From IMG/VR virus record IMGVR_UViG_3300025287_000004, positions 1 to 42,218 of that record: a stretch of 42,218 nucleotides of DNA. One strand, written 5' to 3'. Of the stretch, positions 23,039 through 32,082 are shown piece by piece. Source of the DNA: a virus (lineage: Duplodnaviria; Caudoviricetes). The position numbers and the translations under genes are program-made. Numbering within the stretch: position 1 is the first letter of the stretch; every line of letters begins with the position of its first letter. The notes under the pieces were generated by a model, which was given only the letters and a program-made list of their open reading frames with translations, had not been told where the DNA came from and did not search any database.

Positions 23039-25447
23039 TCACGCCGCCGTTCGTCCGGTCTCAATCCAGAGATCGTTGTCGACATCGCAGCGGAAATGAA
23101 TCCAACTCCCGGCGGCGGCTACGAAATTCGCAGCCCCGTTAAGACGGAGATTGCCGCCACCGGAATGCTGAACCGTCAGGCCGCTGTCTAAACGCAGGCT
23201 CACAGTTCGGTCGCGGTGCATACTCTGCACGGCGATGTTGCCCACGGTTGTCGTGCCCGAAATATGGAACATTTCACAGCCTAGCGGAAGAACGACGGTC
23301 GTTGCGGATGCCACAGTCGGCATCCGCAAGCCGACATCCATGAGGCCGACTGTCACCTCGTCCCGCATTGCAGCAGCCATCTGCACGCCTGTTGCGACAT
23401 TGCGAAGCCGACCGCCGCCGATTTGAACGTCAGTGCCAGCACGAACGTCAATGCCAGCCGTACCATCGGAGGCGAAATCGTTCTTCCGGCATACGAAATT
23501 GTCTACGATGATCCCGTTCGGCCCGGTGCCACCGTTGCCGATGATCATGTAGTAGTGATTGTTCCCATCGGCGTTAATATTGATGTCAATGGCGGAGCAG
23601 TCCGTGAACATGATGTCCTCACCGCCCTCAACCAGAATGCCATTGCCGACCAACTGACGGAAGTCGTAGCTGTCAAACTTGACGTTGTTTGGCGCCGTCC
23701 CGCTGATATAGACGCAAGCGTTGGACCCGTTGAGAGCCTGCCCGCCCGAGAAGTGCAGCGTGTTCAGGTTGCTCGCTTGGCTGGATACGATCGACACGGC
23801 GTAGGACGCGCCGCCGTTGATGGCTTCCCAGGTATCGCCGTTCGAGAAGAAGTTGTATCCGTCCTGGCCATTCGACGTGATTGACAGACAAGCCTGCTCA
23901 CATCCCCAGACGTGGTTTGCCGTCATGTGGACCTGATCGAAGCCATCCAGAACAAACCCATTCTGGATGCCGACGCCGCCGCCGCGGTTGTCGGTGACAT
24001 GGTAGGTGTGGCAGAGGCCCGTAGTAACTGCCGGATCCGTGTCCGCGACGCCCTGGAGGTACAGCAGGAAGCTGCCCGCTATTGCAGGCGTGCTGTTCGA
24101 CGCGATGAACGAGTTCCCGCGGATGGCATGGACCATCGGCCCTTCGCAGGAAAAGCAGTGGATCGCCCGGTAGATATTGTCGAAATGGTTGTCGGCGATG
24201 ATGTGTTGCTGGACGTAGGACAGCTTGAGGATTGTCCCGGCTGCCGGCTGGCTGTTGCTGTTGTCGCCACTCAGGCGAAGACCGGTCATCTCGAAGCCGT
24301 AAGAGGCTTTCGATCCGTCGATATTGCCGACCACGTCGAACATCGTGATCGAGCCGTTACCGTAGATGCGTGACAGCCAATACCCGCGCCCGCGCAGCTT
24401 GCAGGCACGGAAGTCGATTGTAGCGGATGACGACAGGCCATAGTCACCCTGTTCGAACTGGAGGATGCCACCAGTCGAACCGGATATTGCCCGCTGCTTG
24501 AGGAAGGCCAAGGCAGCCAGAATGCCCGTGGTGCAATCACCGACCGGATTGGCGCCCCACCATTCGGCCCACGCAGAGCCGTCCGGGAGGCGTGGCGACC
24601 CGGTGATGGTTCCGCCCAGACTTGTGTCAAAGATCTGCGTCGCCCTGGAGATGATTTCTGACGTGATGAGAATGGATATGCCGCTCGCGGGCTTCAGCTT
24701 ACCTCCTGCAAACTTGACCGGCACCGTGAGTGTCAGCGCCGAACTGATTAGGAAAGTGCCCGGTTCGATCAGAAGACCGGCACCGGCCGCCGCGGCCGCT
24801 GCATTGGCATTGAACAAGGCCGTACGGTCGTCCGTTGACCCATCGCCCGTCGCGCTGAAGGCGTAGACCGAGAAGTATGGGGCGTGATCGTCGATGCCTG
24901 TATGATTGGCGCGGTCAAATGCATCGGTTCCGATCCCTTGCGGATCGTAGGCGCTGGACAGCATGTCGCCGGAGCCCGAGGCAGTGGCCGACCACGCCAC
25001 GTCGTAGTTTGTGGAGCTGGACTTGACCAGAACCTGCCCGGCATTGCCGGCAATCGGGAGTGCTGCCGCGGCGGGCGCATAGTCACTTGATGCCGTTGCC
25101 GCTGCCGTCCCGAGCGTCGGCGTTCCGCTGAGGTCCGAATAGGCCCCGGTGGTCGCGACAGTGGCGAGATCGCCCGGCTGGACCGCAGAATTCGCCAGCG
25201 CACCTTGGGCCACGGAGGCGTAGAGCGTTGCACCAATGGCAGCGATCGCCTGCTTGGTCGTCAGCGGATTCATGGCGACAGTCGCCGAAGTGCCCGCCTC
25301 GGCCTCGATCTGCGACGCGAATGGGCGCCCCGCTGCGGCGATGGCGGACAGCGTAGCCTTGCGGGTAGTGGTGCCGTCGATCGCCACCACGTCGGTCGCG
25401 GACGGGGTTGCGTCGTTGGTAAGCGCAGTGATGCGGATATTCGCCAT
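23039..25447 (-). CDS. Tailspike / receptor-binding protein with right-handed beta-helix
   Basis: 'FSATGDGSTDDRTAL' pectate-lyase-3-like start, N/G/S/D-rich body, fibre-like N-terminus. Confidence 0.85.
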   Translation of the reverse strand: MANIRITALTNDATPSATDVVAIDGTTTRKATLSAIAAAGRPFASQIEAEAGTSATVAMNPLTTKQAIAAIGATLYASVAQGALANSAVQPGDLATVATTGAYSDLSGTPTLGTAAATASSDYAPAAAALPIAGNAGQVLVKSSSTNYDVAWSATASGSGDMLSSAYDPQGIGTDAFDRANHTGIDDHAPYFSVYAFSATGDGSTDDRTALFNANAAAAAAGAGLLIEPGTFLISSALTLTVPVKFAGGKLKPASGISILITSEIISRATQIFDTSLGGTITGSPRLPDGSAWAEWWGANPVGDCTTGILAALAFLKQRAISGSTGGILQFEQGDYGLSSSATIDFRACKLRGRGYWLSRIYGNGSITMFDVVGNIDGSKASYGFEMTGLRLSGDNSNSQPAAGTILKLSYVQQHIIADNHFDNIYRAIHCFSCEGPMVHAIRGNSFIASNSTPAIAGSFLLYLQGVADTDPAVTTGLCHTYHVTDNRGGGVGIQNGFVLDGFDQVHMTANHVWGCEQACLSITSNGQDGYNFFSNGDTWEAINGGASYAVSIVSSQASNLNTLHFSGGQALNGSNACVYISGTAPNNVKFDSYDFRQLVGNGILVEGGEDIMFTDCSAIDININADGNNHYYMIIGNGGTGPNGIIVDNFVCRKNDFASDGTAGIDVRAGTDVQIGGGRLRNVATGVQMAAAMRDEVTVGLMDVGLRMPTVASATTVVLPLGCEMFHISGTTTVGNIAVQSMHRDRTVSLRLDSGLTVQHSGGGNLRLNGAANFVAAAGSWIHFRCDVDNDLWIETGRTAA

Positions 25448-25452
25448 GACGA

Positions 25453-26244
25453 TCAGACCTTGATGATTTTGTTGAGGGCCATCGTCGGCTGCACGTTGCT
25501 GTGCGCCGCTCCGCTACCGCCGGAGGGGATGGTGATGCCGGAGACGACAGCGCCGCTGGTCGCCACGTCTGCTTGCCCAGCCCAAAGGCCGGTGACGCCC
25601 GAGCCGGATTGCGCAGAGGTCAGGCCGGAAAAGCGCAGGTATGTGTGGGTGTGGCTCGACGCCGAACCGCCGGACAGCGTGTAGCTGGGCAACTGCGCCT
25701 GGCTGATTGCCACCGTTTCGACGCCACCGACGCCGCCGTAGGTGCCGGCGCCAGTCATTGTCGCGGCCGATAGACGCCCCGCCGCCGTGCCCCCCATACT
25801 ATCGGCGCCAGCCAGCACCCGACCGCGAAGATCCGGCAGGTTGAAAGTTGTCGACCCGTCACCCGAGCCAAAGCGGGTGCCGATGACCGAGAACAGAGTT
25901 GGATAGGCGGAGCGCGAGACAGCTTGGCCGTAGCAGAGAAGCCACCCATCGGGGGCTGCCGGTGCCGCATAGTCCCAGATCGTGCCGACCGGGATCAGGG
26001 CGTCGAGCTGGCCCTTGGTGACGGCGTCGGTTGCGAGCGTCCCGGCAGCCATGCCCGTGATCTTGAAGCCGCCCATCGGGAAGTCGGCGAGCATCTGCGA
26101 TGTGCCATTGCGCGCGAACGACCCGGTGATGGCGGACGCCAGATCCTCCAGCGGCGGGTTGTGCTGGCTGGCAAGCACCTTCTGGCCCGTTACCGCCCGA
26201 TAGCCGGACGGAAGCGTGTAGGCGCCATTCGAGTCGCGTGGCAT
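25453..26244 (-). CDS. Tail fibre protein with collar domain
   Basis: 'PVGTI..YA...APDGWLLCYGQAVSRSAYPTLFSVIGT..GDGSTTFNLPDLRGR'. Confidence 0.88.
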   Translation of the reverse strand: MPRDSNGAYTLPSGYRAVTGQKVLASQHNPPLEDLASAITGSFARNGTSQMLADFPMGGFKITGMAAGTLATDAVTKGQLDALIPVGTIWDYAAPAAPDGWLLCYGQAVSRSAYPTLFSVIGTRFGSGDGSTTFNLPDLRGRVLAGADSMGGTAAGRLSAATMTGAGTYGGVGGVETVAISQAQLPSYTLSGGSASSHTHTYLRFSGLTSAQSGSGVTGLWAGQADVATSGAVVSGITIPSGGSGAAHSNVQPTMALNKIIKV

Positions 26245-26257
26245 ATCGCCTCCATAG

Positions 26258-26285
26258 AAAAAGGCGCCTCACGAGGAAGCGCCTT
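26258..26285 (-). terminator. Intrinsic terminator inside the late operon
   Basis: AAGGCGCTTC-N5-GAGGCGCCTT followed by a T run. Confidence 0.7.
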
Positions 26286-26320
26286 GCTGGACTGTCGGGA
26301 TTGTGGAAGAGTGCTCGGCT

Positions 26321-26620
26321 ATGCGAGCAATCCTGTATGTCGTCTATTTCGCCGCCTGGGGCTGCATGGGGTGGGTGTTCTACCTTGGCAGCGTCGAATT
26401 AGTCGCGAGTCAGGGGCCGCTAACGGTCATCGGAGTGGCCGTTGGTGTCATTGCCGCGGGCGCATCGCTTGGGTTCCTGTTTGATAAGCGGGTAGCCCGA
26501 GAGCGAGCGATCCTCCACGAGATAGAGCGCGCGCAATCTCCTCATTTCGAGCGGATCGACCACCGATATACTGAAGGTCTGAAAGCACGCGCTGTGCATC
26601 GGCTCCGCGACGGGTCGTGA
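26321..26620 (+). CDS. Small two-TM membrane protein moron
   Basis: Two hydrophobic helices; reverse orientation; overlaps the ejection gene 3' end. Confidence 0.55.
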   Translation: MRAILYVVYFAAWGCMGWVFYLGSVELVASQGPLTVIGVAVGVIAAGASLGFLFDKRVARERAILHEIERAQSPHFERIDHRYTEGLKARAVHRLRDGS

Positions 26621-28622
26621 GCGCCTGCACGATCTCCTGATAGGTCTTGTCGGCCATCGCCGTCTTGGCCTCTGGCGTGCGGCCTGACAGCGCCTGAGCG
26701 ATGCGCTGAGTGGCACCGATGGGCTTGCCTTCGAGAAGCGCGCCGACAGCGCCACCATCCTGCTGTGCAGTGATCGTGTCGTCCATCGAGAGACGGGCGA
26801 ACGTCTTGGAGTTCTGCTGCACGCCAGCCCGAAGATCCAGCGCCATGGTCGCGCGGTCGAGGTCGGCAAAGAGCGTCTTCGCCTTCTCTGCACCGATCGC
26901 GGCCTCGATCTTCTCCCGGCTGGCACGGCTGGAGAAGTCCTTGATGGCCTTGACGGCTTCGCGCGCATCCATGTTGCCGTCTGTGACGGCGCGGGACACG
27001 TTCGCCATCTTCTCTTCGATGTCGTAGCGCAGGCCCTGCGCCAGCGCCGCGCGCTCTGCCTCTGACGCATCCGCCACCGCGTCGAGAACCTGTTCGCGCG
27101 TGGTGTTCGGGCGGAGGATCTTGCGGCCCAGGTCGAGCGCCTGATCCTCTGCGATCTTGTCGCCGCCGAGCTTGACTGCTGCGGCGTACTCAGGAACCGC
27201 GTCGCTGGTGGCATTCTTGACATCGCGGGCAAGCATCTTGGCCCGCGCACCGGCTGCGGTCGGGCGGCCGAACTGGTCTACCTCGTTCGCACCGATCTCG
27301 CCGAGCGCCTTCTTGATCTCGTCGAGCTGCTGGACGTTCGGCATCTCACGGAAAACCACCGTGCCGTCGTCGGCGATGTCGGCGAGGATCTGCTTGTTCG
27401 TCGTGCCGGCGACCTGCATTGCCTCGTTGGCGGTGTCGACGGCCTGCTTCATGATGCGGCTGGGAACGCGCTTCAGAGTGGCCTCGATGTTCCGCCCAGC
27501 ATCCGATGCGTAGTCGATCGGCAGGTTGTAGGCGCGGTCGTAGGCCTCACGAAGCGCGGGGCGGGCGTTCGCCGCAATGCCGCGTGCGGATGCACCGATA
27601 CCCTGCGGGGCGCCGAGGGTGGCGTCCATCGTGTCCCTGATGGCAACGCCTGCTCCAGACGCCCGCTGTTCGATTGCCCGCTGCGCCTGCACCCCTGCCG
27701 GGCCACTGCGCTGGATGGCTGTGTCGAGAAGGGTGCGCGCGTTCGGTCCTGCGTCGGCGAGCATACCATCCGGGCCGGCGCGCGCGATATTGGCCGCGCC
27801 AGAGCCGCCGAACGAGCCATCCGCATCAAGGCCGCGGGAGAGGATGGACGCGGACGGCTTCGAAAGCCCGACCTCGGCGGCGCGGCGACTGGACGTGAGG
27901 GCGTCGGCGATCTTGTTGATGACCGGCTTTGCGCCCGCTGCGATTGCAGGCATGGCGATACCGGCGCCGGCCCCCATCACAGCGCCGAGTTTGCCGCGCG
28001 ACTGCGCATTCTCCACGCGGCTTTCGCTGTCAGTGCCGCTGCCATAGCCCGAGACTGCGCCCTCGACGCCGCCGCCAATCATGCCGGTTGCGCCGCCCGC
28101 GAGAACCTGCCCGCCGAGCGATGCCGGGACCATGCCCGCGGCCAACGGAGCGGCTGCGGCTGCCATCGGGACTGTCCCGGCGATGCCGCCAGCGGTGCGC
28201 AGCGCCATGGACGTGCCGGGGTTGTCCTGCTCGAACGTCGACTGGTCCGCACGCATCCTGTCGCGCGCTTCGGGTCCATTAATGGCACCGATGGCCTCGT
28301 CCGCATATTCGCCAACAAACGGAAGCCCGCCGATGAACTGGCCGGCCACGTCACCCACAGTGCCCGTCGCGCCGCTCTGTGTGCGACGGATGCGGGCCAT
28401 ATCCTGATCGGGCGTCGGAGTGCCCGCGGGAAGCTCTGGCCGAATGCCGGCCTCTGCATTGGCCCGGCCTCGCGCCAGCCCCTGCATCTGCGCACTGTCG
28501 AGCTTCGGCTGGGCCGCGCTGCCGTAGTGGCCCTGCATTGCGCTGGAAATCACATCGCCGGGCGTTCCTGCCGGGAACGAGAATGTCGATCCATCTGGCC
28601 CGGTGATTCGGATTTCCGCCAT
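26448..28622 (-). CDS. Internal virion/ejection protein
   Basis: 724 aa, Ala/Gly-rich helical; podovirus synteny. Confidence 0.75.
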   Translation of the reverse strand: MAEIRITGPDGSTFSFPAGTPGDVISSAMQGHYGSAAQPKLDSAQMQGLARGRANAEAGIRPELPAGTPTPDQDMARIRRTQSGATGTVGDVAGQFIGGLPFVGEYADEAIGAINGPEARDRMRADQSTFEQDNPGTSMALRTAGGIAGTVPMAAAAAPLAAGMVPASLGGQVLAGGATGMIGGGVEGAVSGYGSGTDSESRVENAQSRGKLGAVMGAGAGIAMPAIAAGAKPVINKIADALTSSRRAAEVGLSKPSASILSRGLDADGSFGGSGAANIARAGPDGMLADAGPNARTLLDTAIQRSGPAGVQAQRAIEQRASGAGVAIRDTMDATLGAPQGIGASARGIAANARPALREAYDRAYNLPIDYASDAGRNIEATLKRVPSRIMKQAVDTANEAMQVAGTTNKQILADIADDGTVVFREMPNVQQLDEIKKALGEIGANEVDQFGRPTAAGARAKMLARDVKNATSDAVPEYAAAVKLGGDKIAEDQALDLGRKILRPNTTREQVLDAVADASEAERAALAQGLRYDIEEKMANVSRAVTDGNMDAREAVKAIKDFSSRASREKIEAAIGAEKAKTLFADLDRATMALDLRAGVQQNSKTFARLSMDDTITAQQDGGAVGALLEGKPIGATQRIAQALSGRTPEAKTAMADKTYQEIVQALTTRRGADAQRVLSDLQYIGGRSARNEEIARALSRGGSLALGLPAYQTGTQAMRPRQ

Positions 28623-30619
28623 TACATCGGCTCCACCTGGTTCGTCTCAGGGTTCCAGCGATAGTTGCCGGGTTCCGGTGCGGCCTGTGGCTGACCAGAG
28701 CCGCCACCCTGCCCTCGCAACTGAGCCAGCGGGTTCGGCAGGCTACGGATCGCTTCACGCGCCTGTGCGGGCGTCATCGCGCGGTCTGCGACGGCGTCGG
28801 CGATCTGGCCCATCTCGATCTGGTACTGCGTGATGCCCCGCATGGTGTCGAGGATCTGCTTGTTGCCGCCCGGCTGGTTGACGAGACGCGGCAGCGACTG
28901 CTTGAACAAGGCAAGATCGGCGTCGGACATCGGGCCGGAGCCCGGCTGACGCTGCTGCGGGACAAGCTCGTTGATGAGCGCCTGCGCCGCCTGGATATCG
29001 CTGAGGCCCTCGGTGTTGATGCCGTATTCGCCAGCGGCCTGCTTCAGCACTGCGGCGGCCCCCTGTGGCGCACTGTTCAGCAAGCCTTCGAGCCGGTCGA
29101 TCTGGGCCAGCTTCGACTGTCCCGTCACGCCAGCTTCCGAGAGGCCGCTGAAGATCTTGGCATTGCCTGCATCGAGCGTCTCGTAGAACTTGTTGCCCTC
29201 GCCGACGTTGATATTGGTCTCTGCCTTTCCGGCCGCTCGCAGTTCCATCTGCTGCGACAGCGCTTCCGGCGACAGCGTGTCCGGCTTGGTCGGCGCCGTA
29301 TACACCGGCTGCCGAGTCTTCGGATCGAACACCGTCGTTCCCGCCGGCACGTTGGTCAGCTTCTGCTCTTCGCGGTCCAGCTTCTCGCGGTCGAACTCCA
29401 GACGCGCTGCGTCCGCCGGGTCCATGCGCGGGTTCTGCAACAGCTCGGTCTCGATCTGGAGCTTGCGCATCTGCACCTGCTCCAGCGGAGACATGGGCTG
29501 ATTGGCCGACATCTGCTGCTTGAGAAGCGCGCCGAGAACCTGCCGCTGGCCGTCCGACATATACGGGTCGGACAGTGCCTGGATGAGACGCGGGTCCGGT
29601 CCACCGCCACCCTGCTGCGGCATGGCCTGTGCGACGCGCTGGACGGGCCGCGGCTGTGCGGTGGGCTCACGCATACCCTGCCAAGCGTCCTGCTGCTGTG
29701 CGGCCTGCTGTGGCATCGCCTGAGCCACCAGCGCGCGTGGGTCTTGTGCCTGTGCTGCTGGCATGAAGGACGGATCGGCGGATGCGACCTGCTGAGGCTG
29801 CGCCATGGCATTGACCGCTTCGGTTGCCCCGCCCTGCCCTGCGCCGCCGAACAGCGCCATGGCCTTCGCACGATGGCCGGCCATCTGCTGTTCGACCTTG
29901 TCGCGGACGCTTCCGGGTGCGCCGCCATTGTTCGCATCGCTGCGGTCATATCGGCCGACGCCGCCGGCATTGATGGCGCTGTACACGTCGAGGAGACCCA
30001 TGCCGGGCTTGACGCCCGTATCGCGAAGATAGTTCGCTACGGCACCGTTTGCGCCAAGCTGAGAGCCCACCGGGTCATCCCAATTGACGCCGTACTTCTG
30101 CGCCTGCGGCTCGCCGAACTGGATCAGGCCGCGGTGCTGGCCCCACTGCGTCGTCGGGCCTTTCTTGGTCGGATCGAACGTGCCGCCGGTCTCGTAGGAG
30201 ATGGCCGTTGCAAGGTCGACGGGGTCGATGCCAAGGGCTGACGCCGTTTCCTCGATGCCGCCCCGCAGGCCCTGAGCACTGGCCGGGAGCGTATCGAAGC
30301 CGGAACCCGCTGTCTGTGCCGAGGGCGCAATGGTTGCAGCCGGCTGCTCTGCCCCACCAGAGGCGCCGCCACCCATGCCGCCCATGATGCTGCCGAACAG
30401 GCTGGACGCTTTCTCCTTGCCGCTCGCCTCGGCCTTGTTCAGGCGCGAGTTCTCGAAGCGGTAGGCCAGCGCGTTGCCGACAGCCGCCAGCCCCTCGCCG
30501 ACGTTCTGCGGCGCGGACAGGCTGCGCCCGGCAATGGCCTCGGCGATCTTCCGGCGACGCTGCAAATCCTCGTAGGAGATATTCGTATCCCCGCCGAAGA
30601 TGAAGGACGGAACTGCCAT
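28622..30619 (-). CDS. Internal virion/ejection protein with lysozyme-like domain
   Basis: 'DPVDLATAISYETGGTFDP...GLIQFG'; Gln/Ala-rich. Confidence 0.75.
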   Translation of the reverse strand: MAVPSFIFGGDTNISYEDLQRRRKIAEAIAGRSLSAPQNVGEGLAAVGNALAYRFENSRLNKAEASGKEKASSLFGSIMGGMGGGASGGAEQPAATIAPSAQTAGSGFDTLPASAQGLRGGIEETASALGIDPVDLATAISYETGGTFDPTKKGPTTQWGQHRGLIQFGEPQAQKYGVNWDDPVGSQLGANGAVANYLRDTGVKPGMGLLDVYSAINAGGVGRYDRSDANNGGAPGSVRDKVEQQMAGHRAKAMALFGGAGQGGATEAVNAMAQPQQVASADPSFMPAAQAQDPRALVAQAMPQQAAQQQDAWQGMREPTAQPRPVQRVAQAMPQQGGGGPDPRLIQALSDPYMSDGQRQVLGALLKQQMSANQPMSPLEQVQMRKLQIETELLQNPRMDPADAARLEFDREKLDREEQKLTNVPAGTTVFDPKTRQPVYTAPTKPDTLSPEALSQQMELRAAGKAETNINVGEGNKFYETLDAGNAKIFSGLSEAGVTGQSKLAQIDRLEGLLNSAPQGAAAVLKQAAGEYGINTEGLSDIQAAQALINELVPQQRQPGSGPMSDADLALFKQSLPRLVNQPGGNKQILDTMRGITQYQIEMGQIADAVADRAMTPAQAREAIRSLPNPLAQLRGQGGGSGQPQAAPEPGNYRWNPETNQVEPM

Positions 30620-31624
30620 TTACGCCGCTCCCAGACCGAAGACCTTGCCGTAATCGACCGCCTTGTGACCATCGGCCATCGTCAGGACGGCGTCGGGCTG
30701 CTTCTTCTCGATGTCCTGCGCCATCACGCCGAGGCGCATCGGGCCGCCGGCCTTGTAGCGGTAGCGGTAGACCTTCTCGCCATCGACCTCGCCGACCTTC
30801 TTGATGTCGGTCTTGAGGCGTCGATCGGATGCCATGATGAGCGAGCTGCCCAGGCCGAACATGCCGCCCAGGAGCGACTGCCGCTGCGCGTTCTTCTGCT
30901 GGTAGGCGCCCATCTCATTCTGGAAGCCCTGCTGGATCAGCCCGGCGTTGTCGGTCGTCGGGATCTGCGGCATCTGCGCATTGACGAAGCTCGGCTGAGA
31001 CACCTGCGAACCGGACAGGAGCGCAGAGATTTCGTTGATCGGCTGATTGCGTTCCGTCAGCGCTTCCTGCGTTGCCTGCCCGCGCCCCGTCAGGAGAAGC
31101 TGGTTGTAGGCGTCGTTCTTCGACTGGCCGAAGTTGTTGTAGGCCGCGTCATAGGCCGCCGAGCCCTCTTGGATGCCCTGATTGGCAAGGCGGGTCCGCA
31201 GGGCCTCATCCTCGCGCGCAAACCGCGGATCGAGCCGCTTGGAGCCCAACTCGAACAGTCGCGCCTCGGTCGCCTCGTTGTTGAGATCGACGGGCTTGCT
31301 CAGATAGTCGTTGAGGAACGCGGACTGGTTGTTGCCAATGGACGCGAGGTTGAACTGCGCCTGCTGGTTCTGGTCGTTCGTCGCCTGCTGCTGCGGCGAT
31401 AGCGTCTGCGTGGCCGTGAACTTAGGGATGTCGTAGGACTGGCCGGTATAGGGGTCGGTGTATTTGTAGGTGCCGGTCTGGTCGTAGTTCAGGGTGCCAT
31501 CGGGCGTGACCTGATCGACGTTGCCCATGAAGGCGTTCGAGATCGCCGTGCCGATATTCGTCCCGGTCTGCGCCGCACTGGTCTCGCGCGGATCGGGGGC
31601 CTTCGGGGCCTTTGGCTTGGACAT
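30620..31624 (-). CDS. Virion (DNA transfer-like) protein with C-terminal peptidase S74 chaperone domain
   Basis: 'SDRRLKTDIK...YRYK...GVMAQD...VDY'. Confidence 0.75.
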   Translation of the reverse strand: MSKPKAPKAPDPRETSAAQTGTNIGTAISNAFMGNVDQVTPDGTLNYDQTGTYKYTDPYTGQSYDIPKFTATQTLSPQQQATNDQNQQAQFNLASIGNNQSAFLNDYLSKPVDLNNEATEARLFELGSKRLDPRFAREDEALRTRLANQGIQEGSAAYDAAYNNFGQSKNDAYNQLLLTGRGQATQEALTERNQPINEISALLSGSQVSQPSFVNAQMPQIPTTDNAGLIQQGFQNEMGAYQQKNAQRQSLLGGMFGLGSSLIMASDRRLKTDIKKVGEVDGEKVYRYRYKAGGPMRLGVMAQDIEKKQPDAVLTMADGHKAVDYGKVFGLGAA

Positions 31625-32082
31625 TATGCGGCCCTTTCGAGCGTGGCGATATTGCGGAGGTTCTTCGGGTGCGCGGCCCACTGGTCATCGGTGAAGGTGA
31701 AGACGATACCGTCTTCGTCGCGCCCCTTCATGCGGGGGATCAGGTGCTCGCTATATCCCCATCGGCGAAGGATGGCGTTCAGGTGCTCGTTCTTCACCGA
31801 GTTGCGCTGGACGATCATCTGGCATCCGCAGGTCAGGAACGGATAATCGAACATCACCTGATAGATATGCCGGGTGAACCAGCGAGGCGTTGTCGAGGCG
31901 CCGGAGATTTCGATGATGCCGGCTTCCGGTTCCCAGTTGTGATAGACGAGGCCCGCCACGAGCTGGCCGTCTTTGTCGATGACGCCGATCGACTGGTTCT
32001 CGCCAAATCCCCGTTCGAGCCCCGGAATGAGATCCGCAACGAAACGGGAGACCGTCGCGCTATGCCCGAACAGCGGTGTCAT
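31624..32082 (-). CDS. GNAT-like protein of the podovirus morphogenesis module
   Basis: 'LVAGLVYHNW...MFDYPF...N.HL..ILRRWGY.E'; position after the nozzle. Confidence 0.7.
   Translation of the reverse strand: MTPLFGHSATVSRFVADLIPGLERGFGENQSIGVIDKDGQLVAGLVYHNWEPEAGIIEISGASTTPRWFTRHIYQVMFDYPFLTCGCQMIVQRNSVKNEHLNAILRRWGYSEHLIPRMKGRDEDGIVFTFTDDQWAAHPKNLRNIATLERAA

Noticed and set aside
23039-26244. Diversity-generating retroelement or invertible tail-fibre system
   Set aside because: No reverse transcriptase, TR/VR pair, invertase or flanking inverted repeats seen.
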